Below, in pieces: positions 54,583 to 64,000 of a DNA stretch of 64,000 nt. The DNA comes from Chloroflexota bacterium. Lineage in GTDB: Bacteria > Chloroflexota > UBA11872 > VXNJ01. The position numbers and the translations under genes were made by a program. Numbering within the stretch: the stretch's first letter is position 1; the number at the start of each line of letters is the position of its first letter. The stretch is taken from positions 1,871,850 to 1,935,849 of the forward strand of contig OZ252242.1 of the NCBI GenBank assembly GCA_965249595.1. Direction: 5' to 3'. Under the pieces are notes generated by a model, which was not told the origin of the DNA, did not search any database, and worked only from the letters and a program-made list of their open reading frames with translations.

Positions 54583-54606
54583 TACGGCTATTCCGACGCG
54601 ATTCGG

Positions 54607-55359
54607 TCAGGGACTCTTTTGCAGTTGTAGCCGGTCCAAGAGATCCCGAGCCACCAACTGGCCCCCGAGCGCAAGGGCGGTTGGACAAGCCAGCAGCACA
54701 AGCAGGTTGAGAAATACCGACGCGACGATCGTGAACGCAGTAACAACCAGCATCGCCAGGGCACAGGAAAAACTGGAAAAAGTTAGTGCCGCCGCATAGC
54801 GGAACGTGCCGGTAACCGAAGCATCCAATTGGGTGAGGGCAGGCATCAGAAACGGCTGCATCATGAACCAAAAGACCAACGGGTAGGTAACGAGCACGGC
54901 GATAACGCGCAGGAAAAGTTCGCCCTGGTTCCAGTAGAAAAAGAACGCCAGCACGAGGGCGTAAAACGCTATCAGGTCGAGCACGGCGACGATCCAAGCG
55001 CGCCAGTAGAAATGGCGCATCGAGCTGAAAAATCCACTCCAGCTCGGATCTTGGTGACGGTCATGGAATCGCCAGGTGGCATCGTAGAGGGCGGCTGTGG
55101 CGGGGCCGGCAGCGGCCATCGCCAGCACCGTGAGGGCCGGCAACCCAATTAGTTCGTAGGGGTGGAAACTGGTAGTTCTGACCGCGGTGGCAAATTGCTC
55201 GCTACCAATCGCGAGGACGACGGAAGTCGTCATCAATATCAACCAGGGCAACATGCAGATCAACCAGGGCAGGTGGGTGCGATACGTCAAAGGCATCAAA
55301 TCGTAGTACAGGACGCTAAGGCCGGTCCAAAGGTGGCGAAACGGAATTAACATTCCCAT
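54607..55359 (-). CDS. YesL/DUF624-like membrane protein
   Basis: Five or six TM segments with GPATAALY...FF-MR; upstream of the sugar ABC ATPase. Confidence 0.65.
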   Translation of the reverse strand: MGMLIPFRHLWTGLSVLYYDLMPLTYRTHLPWLICMLPWLILMTTSVVLAIGSEQFATAVRTTSFHPYELIGLPALTVLAMAAAGPATAALYDATWRFHDRHQDPSWSGFFSSMRHFYWRAWIVAVLDLIAFYALVLAFFFYWNQGELFLRVIAVLVTYPLVFWFMMQPFLMPALTQLDASVTGTFRYAAALTFSSFSCALAMLVVTAFTIVASVFLNLLVLLACPTALALGGQLVARDLLDRLQLQKSP

Positions 55360-55470
55360 GGCCCATGCTCCTTCTGGCTGATGCGGCCAATTGACCGTTG
55401 CTGCGGCCGGCGCCGAATGCAGCGGCAGCGAATTGATTGTATGGGCGGCAAGGATCGCCACTGAGTTGGT

Positions 55471-56055
55471 GTGCGACCCAAAAACTTTTTAGTGCTCGCT
55501 TGCCTTTCGGGGTTAGCGCTGGCCGTTTTTTTCGCGGCCCAGCCTACGGTCGATCGCACGGGGCTACCCTCGCTGGCGGCCTCGGAACTGGACCTGCGCC
55601 ATCTGGACGAAAAGTTGGCCCCGGCGATTAGTGCGATCGAAGCCTCCCGGCTTACCGGGATTTCACAACCGGTAATGATCGAGATCACCGAGGCTGAGCT
55701 CTTTAGCAAGGTGGCCAGTTGGTCGCATCCGGGCATTTTTCTGCTTGGCATTAGCGACGTAGAAACCTACCTCTCCGATGACGGCATGACATTCATCGGT
55801 CGGCTCAATTTCCTCGCTCTCGATTTCGAATTTCGCACCGACACCCGAATCCGAATCGAAAACGGTCGACGCGACCTGTCAATCGTGGCCGCCCAGATCG
55901 GATCTGTTCACGCGCCCGAGTGGATGCGCAATCTAACTGTCGGAGCGATCGAATCGACGGTCAACGCCGGGCTGCCGCGGATCCCGATGAATGTTCGGAC
56001 GCTCATTGTCAGCGACCATGTCTTGGTGATATCGGGAGTCACGCTGGGCGTTTGA
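55471..56055 (+). CDS. Hypothetical exported protein, possibly DUF2140/LmeA-like
   Basis: N-terminal anchor, ITEAEL motif and an alternating beta-strand pattern; family is inferred. Confidence 0.5.
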   Translation: MRPKNFLVLACLSGLALAVFFAAQPTVDRTGLPSLAASELDLRHLDEKLAPAISAIEASRLTGISQPVMIEITEAELFSKVASWSHPGIFLLGISDVETYLSDDGMTFIGRLNFLALDFEFRTDTRIRIENGRRDLSIVAAQIGSVHAPEWMRNLTVGAIESTVNAGLPRIPMNVRTLIVSDHVLVISGVTLGV

Positions 56056-56097
56056 CCCCATAGCCACAACGGCAGGGCTCGGCGGAGTTGGCCTCCC

Positions 56098-56919
56098 TCA
56101 GCCGGCGCTGTTGTCTGGTAGGGGTCTGAAATTGGCCCCGCCCGCAGCCACCAGGGCCTCGAATTCGGCAAGCACCGTGGCGATATCAGCGCCTTTATCC
56201 TGGCGCCGCACGATGACGTCCACCGGCAATCCCACTTCACGATCGCCGAGAGCGACGTAAGCCTTCAGGTAGGCATTTTCGTGACGGGCCATTATTTGAC
56301 CGAGGATGGGCGAGATTTCCGATTCAAACATCGTTACCAGCACCCGGGTCGACTCGGTTCGCCCGCCATACCAAGCGGAGATCAACGGCTCAAATCCGGA
56401 TGCAAATACCGATTTCATCTCCCGCGGCGGACCGGGCATAAAACCCAAAACAGTCTCCTCGACGTTTACCGCAAAGCCCGGTGCCCACCCGTTCTGGTTC
56501 TCAAATATCTGCGCGCCCAACGGCACCGACGACATCTTGTAGAGATGCGGCGGCAGCTCGGCGTCGGCGGACAGCCCGCGGCGCTGGCGGTAGGTCGCCA
56601 TCACCTTTTCGCTCGGCGATGCCGGACGGCGAGCCAGTTCGGCCACCGTTTCTACAGTCAAGTCATCCGGCGTAGGACCGAGTCCACCGGTGCCCAGAAC
56701 CAGGCCGACTCGCCGATCAACGGCGCTTTGCAACGTCTCGCGCAGCAGGCGCGGTTCATCAGCCACGGCGGTGATTCGTTCAACAACCGCCCCGGTCCGG
56801 GTCAAGCGATCGGCCAACCAGGAAGAGTTGGTGTCCTGGATCCGGCCGATGACGACCTCCGTCCCGATCGCTACGATCTCTGCCGGTCGGGTCGGGTCGA
56901 ACATCTGCACCGCGGTCAC
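56098..56919 (-). CDS. CinA N-terminal-like molybdopterin-binding protein (COG1058), no PncC domain
   Basis: IGTEV, DTNSSWL, TGGLGPTPDDLT and MPGPPREM motifs. Confidence 0.85.
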   Translation of the reverse strand: MTAVQMFDPTRPAEIVAIGTEVVIGRIQDTNSSWLADRLTRTGAVVERITAVADEPRLLRETLQSAVDRRVGLVLGTGGLGPTPDDLTVETVAELARRPASPSEKVMATYRQRRGLSADAELPPHLYKMSSVPLGAQIFENQNGWAPGFAVNVEETVLGFMPGPPREMKSVFASGFEPLISAWYGGRTESTRVLVTMFESEISPILGQIMARHENAYLKAYVALGDREVGLPVDVIVRRQDKGADIATVLAEFEALVAAGGANFRPLPDNSAG

Positions 56920-56921
56920 CG

Positions 56922-58058
56922 CTAAGGCTCCAAATGCTGGCGGCCGGCCGCCGAGTCCGACGAAATCTCAATATCAGAATCCCCGGTCGGGGCGTTGTCA
57001 AGCAATTCGCTGACATAGCTCCGAATCACCTGGCGATTGGGCAGCAGCACCTGGGCCCCGTTTTCCGATGTGACGGGCACGGCCATGGCATCGCTGTAGT
57101 CAATAACCCCGGAAACGATGGACTCGGCAGGCACCCGCAAAGCCAGCTTTACCAATGATGGCAGCGAGGCAATCGGGATATCGGTCTCGAAAGTGGCCGC
57201 CAACTGGGACGCCAGCGCCGGCGCTTGAACCAACAGGGCGGGTGAAATCAATTGATCATGTACCGCCCGCAGGAACTGCTGCTGACGCTGCACGCGCCCA
57301 AAATCGCCATCCTGGTAGCGGGTACGCACGAATTTGAGGGCCAAATCACCGTCCAGCCGATGCAGGCCTCGGTCGAGGTAGAACGATTCATAGCGCGTGT
57401 CGTCAAGCGAGGGGTAGATATCGTCGCGAATTGGCGCTTCGATGTCAACTTCAACGCCGCCAAAGAAATCGACTAGCTCCACGAACCCGGCAAATTCCAT
57501 CGTCACGTGGTAATCGACCGGCTGCGAAATAAGGTTTGCTACCTCTCCCTTTAGCCCTGCGACGCCGTGCAGATCCTTGACCGCATTGATTCGCACCGGC
57601 TCGGTTTCACAGGCGGCTACGCATATGTCGCGCGGTATCGAGACCGCCGTGGCGGCCGCGGTAATCGGGTCCACATGGAGCCAAATCATGGAATCGGTGC
57701 GCCCGGACGGATCGTCGCCGCGGCGGTCAATCCCGAGGAACAGCACCGTGAACGCTCGGTTCTGCGGCCAGCTAGGGATCAGATCGGATGGATCGTTGAT
57801 CGTATCCGGCGCTTCGGCGACCGTTTCGATCAAGGACTCCAATTTCTCCTGGAAGGGCGCAAGACGGCTAGCTGGCGTGGCGGTTGAGACAGGTTCGATT
57901 TCAACCTGGATCTGGGCTTCGGCGGTCATCAGCCAGGCCACAAATACCGCCAACAGGACGGCGAAAAATACGGGAACGGTCCACGACAAGCGATGCCATA
58001 TCGGCGGGTGATCGCTCGCCAAGAATTCATCGGAGCCAAAACGGTCAATATCGCGCAT
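56922..58058 (-). CDS. LytR-CpsA-Psr (LCP) family glycopolymer ligase
   Basis: One TM helix; LFLGID, GRTDS, SIPRD, FVRTR and DFGRVQRQQ motifs. Confidence 0.92.
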   Translation of the reverse strand: MRDIDRFGSDEFLASDHPPIWHRLSWTVPVFFAVLLAVFVAWLMTAEAQIQVEIEPVSTATPASRLAPFQEKLESLIETVAEAPDTINDPSDLIPSWPQNRAFTVLFLGIDRRGDDPSGRTDSMIWLHVDPITAAATAVSIPRDICVAACETEPVRINAVKDLHGVAGLKGEVANLISQPVDYHVTMEFAGFVELVDFFGGVEVDIEAPIRDDIYPSLDDTRYESFYLDRGLHRLDGDLALKFVRTRYQDGDFGRVQRQQQFLRAVHDQLISPALLVQAPALASQLAATFETDIPIASLPSLVKLALRVPAESIVSGVIDYSDAMAVPVTSENGAQVLLPNRQVIRSYVSELLDNAPTGDSDIEISSDSAAGRQHLEP

Positions 58059-58197
58059 TTAGATATGTCTCAGATACTGCCTTGCCGGCCTGGCGGAGCG
58101 CACCAAACTGACGCCCAAATATTATTGTCATTGCGCGTTGGCGGACCGGACCTGGCAATGCGCGCAGCAGGGTTATGAATTTAAGGCGGATGAGTTT

Positions 58198-59115
58198 ATG
58201 GGCCTCCGGCAAATCGCCGTAATCGGCAGCATCAATACCGATCTCGTTCTGCAGCTAGATCGCCTGCCGCGTCCCGGCGAGACCGTGTTGTCACCGTCGT
58301 CGCTGCGCGTCATCGGTGGCGGTAAGGGTGCCAACCAGGCGATTGCGGCAGCCCGATTGGGGGCCTCGGTGGCGATGGTCGGATCGGTTGGCGACGATGA
58401 TTTCGGACGGGCCCGGATTGACCAACTGACCGGCGAAGGGATTGATGCCAGCAGCATTCGCACGGTGCCCGAAATGGCCACCGGGGTGGCCCTGATCAGT
58501 GTCGATGCGGCCGGCGAAAACGCTATTGCCCTGGGCGCCGGCGCCAATCTGGCAGTTTCCGCATCGCAGGCCGACTGCCCGGCCGTAGCCAACGCCGCGG
58601 TGGCCTTGGCGGTGCTCGAAATCCCGGCCGCGGCTGTAACTGCGGCCCTGGCAATCGCCCGCGCCAATTCGGCAACCACCATCCTCAACGCGGCTCCGCC
58701 CGGGCAACTTCCGGACTCCCTGCTCCGCCTGGCGGATTACCTAATCGTTAACGAGACCGAAGCCGGCGCCTTGGCTCAGTGCCCCCCGCCCGACCGGCGA
58801 ACCGCCCCAGCGGTGGCCAAAAAACTTGCCGCACGAACCGGCGGCAGCGTGATCATCACGCTTGGTTCGGCCGGTTTGGTCGCCACCGACCGCAACGAGC
58901 AATACCATATCGACGCGCACCCAATTTCGGCGGTTGACGCCACGGCCGCCGGCGATGCCTTCTGCGGGGCGTTTGCGACGGCCTTGTTAGACGGCCAATG
59001 CATGGCGGCGGCGCTCAAATTCGCCAATGCCGCCGGGGCATCGGCATGTCTGCGATTGGGCGCCTCGTCATCGCTGCCCAACCGCGATCAGGTTCTCAAG
59101 ATCCTGGCCGGTTAG
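58198..59115 (+). CDS. rbsK: Ribokinase
   Basis: GSINTD, GGKGANQA, NAAP, NETEA and DATAAGDAF; ATG at 58198. Confidence 0.88.
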   Translation: MGLRQIAVIGSINTDLVLQLDRLPRPGETVLSPSSLRVIGGGKGANQAIAAARLGASVAMVGSVGDDDFGRARIDQLTGEGIDASSIRTVPEMATGVALISVDAAGENAIALGAGANLAVSASQADCPAVANAAVALAVLEIPAAAVTAALAIARANSATTILNAAPPGQLPDSLLRLADYLIVNETEAGALAQCPPPDRRTAPAVAKKLAARTGGSVIITLGSAGLVATDRNEQYHIDAHPISAVDATAAGDAFCGAFATALLDGQCMAAALKFANAAGASACLRLGASSSLPNRDQVLKILAG

Positions 59116-59161
59116 GCGAAACCCCGATCGCCACGAAGCAGGGTGGCGGTCGCTTCCGCAA

Positions 59162-60190
59162 TCAAGCAGCCGATTTTGCCCGTTGCCAACGAGCCTGGAC
59201 CATGTCGGCCGCCAGCAAGGTGGCGTTTAGCATCGAGGTTTCATCGGCACGGTTGTCGCCGGCCCGGCCGTAGGCCGTGCCGTGGTCGACCGAGGTGCGA
59301 ATTACCGGTGTCCCCAGGGTGACGTTGATGCCATTGTGGATTCCAAGCATCTTGACGGCGATGTGCCCTTGGTCGTGGTACATTGCCACGACTCCGTCGT
59401 ACTCGCCGCCGGCGCCCCGCGCAAAAACGGTGTCGGGCGGCATCGGCCCGATGGCGTCAATTCCCATAGCCACCGCCCGGTCGACCGCCGGTTCAACTTC
59501 GGCCGAATCCTCCATGCCGAACAAATTACCCGGTTCGGCATGCGGATTTAGGCCGGCCACGGCAATCTTGGGCCGAGCGATACCCAAATCTTCGAGGGCG
59601 CGCTGGAAGATTTCTATCACGCTGACGATGCGATCAGTCTTAACCAGCGTGACGGCTTCTGCCAAGCCGACATGGGTCGAGACGTGGATCACCCGCAATT
59701 TGCCGGCCACCAGCATCATTCGCGATGCCGCTGCACCGGAAAACTCCTGGACTATTTCGGTGTGACCCGGATAGTCGTAGCCGGCCATCTTCATGGCCAG
59801 CTTATGCAGCGGCGAGGTGGCCATCGCATCCAGTCGGGCGGCGGCGCAGAGCTTGACCGCTTCAACTACCGCGGTCACCGCGGCTTCCCCGCCGGCGGCG
59901 GTGACGCCTTTGAACGGCAGCTGGCTGTGGTCGACGTCCCAGAGGTCCAACGTGTCAATGACGCCGTACTCGTGCCGGGCTTGTGAAAGATCGCTAACCC
60001 GCCGAACGGATTGCTCCAGCCCGCAGATATCGATGATGCGTTCCAGGGCCGAAGCGCTGCCGATGGCAACTGGCCGCAGGCGATCGTAGATCCGGCGATG
60101 GACCAGGGCTTTGGCGACCACCTCGGGCCCGACTCCAGTCGGGTCGCCAAGGGTTAAGCCGATCAGCGGCAGTTTCGCTTCGATTGACAT
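59162..60190 (-). CDS. pdxA: PdxA/PdxA2-family 4-phospho-sugar-acid dehydrogenase
   Basis: GDPTGVGPE, GHTE, STHV, GLNPHA, PPDTVF, AMYHDQG and IRTSVDHGT; ATG at 60190. Confidence 0.9.
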   Translation of the reverse strand: MSIEAKLPLIGLTLGDPTGVGPEVVAKALVHRRIYDRLRPVAIGSASALERIIDICGLEQSVRRVSDLSQARHEYGVIDTLDLWDVDHSQLPFKGVTAAGGEAAVTAVVEAVKLCAAARLDAMATSPLHKLAMKMAGYDYPGHTEIVQEFSGAAASRMMLVAGKLRVIHVSTHVGLAEAVTLVKTDRIVSVIEIFQRALEDLGIARPKIAVAGLNPHAEPGNLFGMEDSAEVEPAVDRAVAMGIDAIGPMPPDTVFARGAGGEYDGVVAMYHDQGHIAVKMLGIHNGINVTLGTPVIRTSVDHGTAYGRAGDNRADETSMLNATLLAADMVQARWQRAKSAA

Positions 60191-60361
60191 CAATATTTGC
60201 CGATTCGTAATTGGTGGATTGGGGCCGCGGCCGGTCAAAGCGACGCAACCCGGAAATGGCAGCTAGATTTTCACCTGTATGGAGGCGGGCCTTCGTCCGG
60301 CGCTGCGCCCGAATACCATTTGAAAGCCGATCCCAGCTACGACCGCCATAAGTAGGGCAAA

Positions 60362-61801
60362 TTGGCCGACAAACGCCCCAACATAATTCTGATCATCACT
60401 GACCAGCAGCGCTACGACACGATCGCCGAGTTGGGATTTGATTACATGGACACGCCGAATCTGGATCGCCTGGTCCGCGAGGGAGTCTCGTTTTCGAATT
60501 GCTTCATCCCGGCAACTTCCTGCGCACCGGGGCGGGCCAGCCTTTTTACCGGCCGTTATCCACACACCACCAAAATCTTCAAAAACGGAGATCCCTGGCG
60601 CCATACCTGGGTCTCGGACCTTCAGGCCGGTGGATATCACACAGTCAATATCGGCAAGATGCACACCACCCCGTTTACCGCCCCGGCCGGTTTCGACGAA
60701 CGCTACGTGGTCGAAAACAAAGATCGATATCTTCAGGGGGCCAATTTTCTCGACGAATGGGACAAGGCCTTAATCGCCCGCGGGGTGCACCCAAAGCCCG
60801 GCCGCATCGTCTATCGACAACGCGACGACTATCAAACGTCGCTGGGGGCCTTCGTCTGGGAGCAGGACGAGGACCTTCAATCTGACAATTTTGTCGGCCG
60901 CTTCGCCTGCCATTGGATCGCCAACCAGCAGCTGCGTGAGCCTCTGTTCCTGCAGATTGGCTTCCCGGGACCGCATCCGCCCTACGACCCCACCCCTGAC
61001 TATGAACGCAGCTACTCGCAACGGGACTTTGCGATCTGTGACCCCAGCGAAGCTGAAATAGCCGATCAGCCAGAGCCGCTGCAACGCATGCGCGAGCACA
61101 ATACCGAAGTGGACCACGATTCAATCGTTCACCAGCTCAACCCGACAGCGGCCCAACGTCAGCACCAGCGTGCCTGTTACATGGCCAATGTGGGAATGAT
61201 CGATAAACAGGTGGGATCGATCATGGACGCGCTCGAGCAGCGCGGTCTGCTGGAAGACGCGGTGGTGATTTTTACGTCCGATCACGGCGATGCCCTCGGC
61301 GACCACGGCCACAGCCAGAAGTGGACGTTTTACGATATCGTTGCCCGGGTTCCGGCGATCATCTGGTCGCCCTCACGGTTTTCGGGCGGCCGCCAAGTCG
61401 ACGATTTGTATTCATGGATCGACTTGGCGCCAACCATCTTCGACCTGGCCGGATTGGCCCAGCCTGAGGGCTTTGAAGCGATTTCGATGCTCCCGGCGAT
61501 CTCCGGCGACCCGACCGCCAAGGGGCGCGAATATGTGTTCTGCGAACAGTGCCGCGAGGACATGATGGGCCTGGAATGGGACTTTATGACGATGGTCCGC
61601 GACCAACGGTGGAAGATGGTGCGGCTGCTCGATTCAGCGCAGGGCCAGCTATTCGATCTTGAAACTGATCCCGGCGAAACAAAGGATCTTTGGGACGACC
61701 CCGGGGCGGCGGCGGAAAAAATCCGCCTTAACGAAGTGCTCACCGACTGGCTGGTACGGTCTTCCTATGAAACCTCCGATTGGGGACAACAATGGCGGTA
61801 G
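60362..61801 (+). CDS. Cys-type formylglycine sulfatase
   Basis: PNII..ITDQQR, CAPGRASLFTG (CxPxR), GKMH, PHPPY, TSDHG and QK motifs. Confidence 0.92.
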   Translation: MADKRPNIILIITDQQRYDTIAELGFDYMDTPNLDRLVREGVSFSNCFIPATSCAPGRASLFTGRYPHTTKIFKNGDPWRHTWVSDLQAGGYHTVNIGKMHTTPFTAPAGFDERYVVENKDRYLQGANFLDEWDKALIARGVHPKPGRIVYRQRDDYQTSLGAFVWEQDEDLQSDNFVGRFACHWIANQQLREPLFLQIGFPGPHPPYDPTPDYERSYSQRDFAICDPSEAEIADQPEPLQRMREHNTEVDHDSIVHQLNPTAAQRQHQRACYMANVGMIDKQVGSIMDALEQRGLLEDAVVIFTSDHGDALGDHGHSQKWTFYDIVARVPAIIWSPSRFSGGRQVDDLYSWIDLAPTIFDLAGLAQPEGFEAISMLPAISGDPTAKGREYVFCEQCREDMMGLEWDFMTMVRDQRWKMVRLLDSAQGQLFDLETDPGETKDLWDDPGAAAEKIRLNEVLTDWLVRSSYETSDWGQQWR

Positions 61802-63144
61802 GCGAGAACTTAATCGGTCTTCACCGCGATCCGGCCGCGATTCTGCGCCGGTTGATCAGGTTCGACACCACCAACCCGCCCGGCAACGAAAGAGCCTGCA
61901 TCGAGTGGATTGCCGATCTGCTCTCGGCCTACGGTGTCCAAAGTCAACTGTTCGCCCGCGACCCGGCCCGTCCCAATCTGGTGGCCCGCATCCCCGGCGG
62001 GAGCGCCCCGCCGCTGCTCCTCTACGGACACGTTGATGTTGTTACCACGAGCGACCAGCCTTGGACCCGCGATCCGTTCGCGGCCGAGGAGGAACAGGGC
62101 GTTATCTGGGGGCGCGGGGCGCTGGACATGAAGGGCGGCGACGCGATGATGATCGCCGCTTTCTTGCGAGCCGCCAGCGAGCGGACGCCGCTGCCGGGCG
62201 ACGTGATCCTGTGCACGCTCGCGGATGAGGAGGCGGGCGCCGAGTTCGGCGCCAAGTTCCTGGTAGATGAGCACCCCGACCTGTTTTCCGGGGTGCGCTA
62301 CGCGCTCGGTGAATTTGGCGGCTATCGCCAGAAATTTATGGGCGCCGACTTCTATCCGATCCAGGTGTCGGAAAAAACCGTGGTGCGCCTCAAAGGCCGC
62401 CTGCGCGGCCCGGGCGGGCATGGCGCAATGGTCCATCGCGACGGAATAATGGCGCGCCTGGGCAGGATGTTGACCACTCTAAATGACAACCGCCTGCCGC
62501 CCAACGTCTCGCCCGCGACCGCTGCAATGCTCACGGTGCTCAGCGCCAACCTTCCGCCGCAGCAGCAAGAAGCTGTCGCCGAACTGTCGCAACCGGAACT
62601 AACCGATGCCGCCCTGGATCGGCTGGGGCCGGATGGGGCGTCACTGGACGCCGTGCTGCACGACACCGTAAACGTGACGGTGCTGCGGGCGGGCGAGAAA
62701 TTTAACGTCGTTCCCAGCGTGATCGAATTCAATCTCGACGCGCGGATCCTGCCAAATTCTTCGCCGCAAAAGTTGATCGCCGACCTCGGCACCCTGCTGG
62801 GGCCAGATGTTGAATTTGATCCACCGCAGGCGATGAGCGATCCGATGGGCGATCCGGACCTGGCCATGCTGCCATTGTTGACCCGAATCTTGCGGCGCCA
62901 AGATCCGCAGGCCAATCCGCTGCCGATGCTGATGATTGGCGCCACCGACGGACGCGAATTTGCCCGCATCGGAATCCAGACCTACGGATTCCTGCCGATG
63001 GATCTGCCGTCGGATATTGAGATTTTCAGGCTAATTCACGCCGCCGACGAACGCATCCCGGTTAGCTGCCTCGAGTTTGGTGCCCGGGCAATATTCGAAG
63101 TGCTAGAGCAGTTCGGTGACTTAGATTCGGCCGAGCCTGGCTAA
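61792..63144 (+). CDS. M20-family amidohydrolase/peptidase
   Basis: GHVDVV, GRGALDMK, DEE, GGHG, GATD and HAADE motifs. Confidence 0.92.
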   Translation: MAVGENLIGLHRDPAAILRRLIRFDTTNPPGNERACIEWIADLLSAYGVQSQLFARDPARPNLVARIPGGSAPPLLLYGHVDVVTTSDQPWTRDPFAAEEEQGVIWGRGALDMKGGDAMMIAAFLRAASERTPLPGDVILCTLADEEAGAEFGAKFLVDEHPDLFSGVRYALGEFGGYRQKFMGADFYPIQVSEKTVVRLKGRLRGPGGHGAMVHRDGIMARLGRMLTTLNDNRLPPNVSPATAAMLTVLSANLPPQQQEAVAELSQPELTDAALDRLGPDGASLDAVLHDTVNVTVLRAGEKFNVVPSVIEFNLDARILPNSSPQKLIADLGTLLGPDVEFDPPQAMSDPMGDPDLAMLPLLTRILRRQDPQANPLPMLMIGATDGREFARIGIQTYGFLPMDLPSDIEIFRLIHAADERIPVSCLEFGARAIFEVLEQFGDLDSAEPG

Positions 63145-64000
63145 GTCGAATCGCCACCGGCCGACACCCCGGCCGGTGGATCATCCACCCTAACCAACCG
63201 CTTGCCGAAGTTTTCGCCCACCAAAAGGCCAATAAGGGCATCGGGCATCTGCTCGAATCCCATTACGGTCTCTTCGCGGTAGTAGAGCTGACCGCTCTCG
63301 ATCCAGCCGGCCAGGCGTTCTCGCGCCGCCACGCGGCGGTGCCACCAATCGCGAACCAAGAGACCCTGCATGGTCGCCCGGTTGGTCAGCAGGGCCCGCG
63401 TCGGGCGAATCGCCAGCTCCGGTTCGGGCAGGTTGTACTCGGAGATCATCCCGCAGATGGCGATCCGGGCACCCAAATTTATGCGGGCCAACACGGCGTC
63501 AAGAATTGGGCCGCCGACATTGTCGAAATAGACATCGATTCCCCCCGGACAGGCGGCATCCAGGGCATCGCCAACATCCTCGGCCGCTCGATTGATGCAG
63601 GCGTCGTAACCCAATCGATCCAGGCAGTAGGAGCGTTTGGCCTCGGACCCGACTATCCCGACCGTTCGGGCGCCGCCGATCCGGGCCATCTGGCCCACGA
63701 CTCCACCCACCGCGCCGGATGCCGCGGAAACCACCACGGTGTCCCCGGCCTGTGGTCGGCCGACTTCCAGCAGTCCGAAGTAAGCGGTCATGCCAGGCAT
63801 GCCCAGAACGCCCAGAGCGGTGGATATCGGCGCGATATCCGGATCGACCTTATCCAGTTCGCTGGCGTCGATAACCGGCATCGTCTGCCAGCCGAAATCG
63901 CCTTCCACAATGTCGCCGGCGGCAAATTGTGAAGACCGCGATTCGATCACCTCGCCGACGCCGCTGCCGACCATCACCTCACGCAGGTCGGCCGGCGAGG
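63141..64000 (-). CDS. curA: NADP-dependent oxidoreductase (CurA/YncB-like MDR), 5'-partial
   Basis: LGVLGMPGMTAYFGL, AASGAVG, YFDNVGG, ICGMISEY and GENFGK; frame open to the window edge. Confidence 0.88.
   Translation of the reverse strand, partial: SPADLREVMVGSGVGEVIESRSSQFAAGDIVEGDFGWQTMPVIDASELDKVDPDIAPISTALGVLGMPGMTAYFGLLEVGRPQAGDTVVVSAASGAVGGVVGQMARIGGARTVGIVGSEAKRSYCLDRLGYDACINRAAEDVGDALDAACPGGIDVYFDNVGGPILDAVLARINLGARIAICGMISEYNLPEPELAIRPTRALLTNRATMQGLLVRDWWHRRVAARERLAGWIESGQLYYREETVMGFEQMPDALIGLLVGENFGKRLVRVDDPPAGVSAGGDST
63154..63179. terminator. Hairpin at the convergent M20/oxidoreductase junction
   Basis: CCACCGGCCG/CGGCCGGTGG 10-bp stem, 9 nt after the M20 stop and inside the opposite gene's tail; no U tract. 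Confidence 0.35.

Noticed and set aside
56281-56925. 214-aa plus-strand ORF and similar long antisense ORFs (45924-46652, 61810-62436, 39292-39912)
   Set aside because: They overlap well-supported genes in another frame or on the opposite strand and lack motifs.
1-64000. Genome-wide amber (TAG) recoding, suggested by the in-frame TAGs at 10040 and 35204
   Set aside because: TAG ends many conserved genes at the expected length (iolD, sdhA, sdhB, mdh, ndk), and no suppressor tRNA is seen.
1-64000. CRISPR array, IS element, integrase, prophage or rRNA
   Set aside because: No regularly spaced short repeats, transposase/integrase motifs, phage structural genes or rRNA-like sequence found. The holin-like domain is a fusion in a metabolic context.

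Overview
A GC-rich bacterial chromosome segment of about 60 CDSs, probably from a Chloroflexota-like heterotroph. The taxon is inferred from the short IF2, the LGFP-like/SH3b/CAP envelope protein, Tat-lipoprotein sugar-binding proteins with Val/Glu linkers, and rplL not being followed by rpoB. Core content: a TCA cluster (intact actinobacterial-type SdhCAB, mdh, sucCD, mitochondrial-type aconitase), secE-nusG-rplKAJL with an L10 leader, nusA-infB-rbfA-truB-ribF, five tRNAs, and a cobalamin riboswitch ahead of btuFCD. It also carries many sugar/inositol catabolic and envelope genes. No integrase, transposase, CRISPR or rRNA was seen. Three observations stand out. (1) A second, fully open SdhA/SdhB-like pair in the sucCD-mdh operon: the flavoprotein has lost most catalytic residues, and the Fe-S subunit keeps exactly the four [4Fe-4S] ligands while losing the other two clusters, which suggests a repurposed pseudo-enzyme. 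(2) A 1,818-bp tandem duplication, bounded by a 10-bp microhomology, of an orphan sugar-binding lipoprotein; the copies are identical in long blocks and differ in short dense patches. (3) Variant enzymes (an enolase coupled to a kinase, a split transketolase) and apparent non-canonical translation starts. Motifs and alignments were read by eye; no searches were run.
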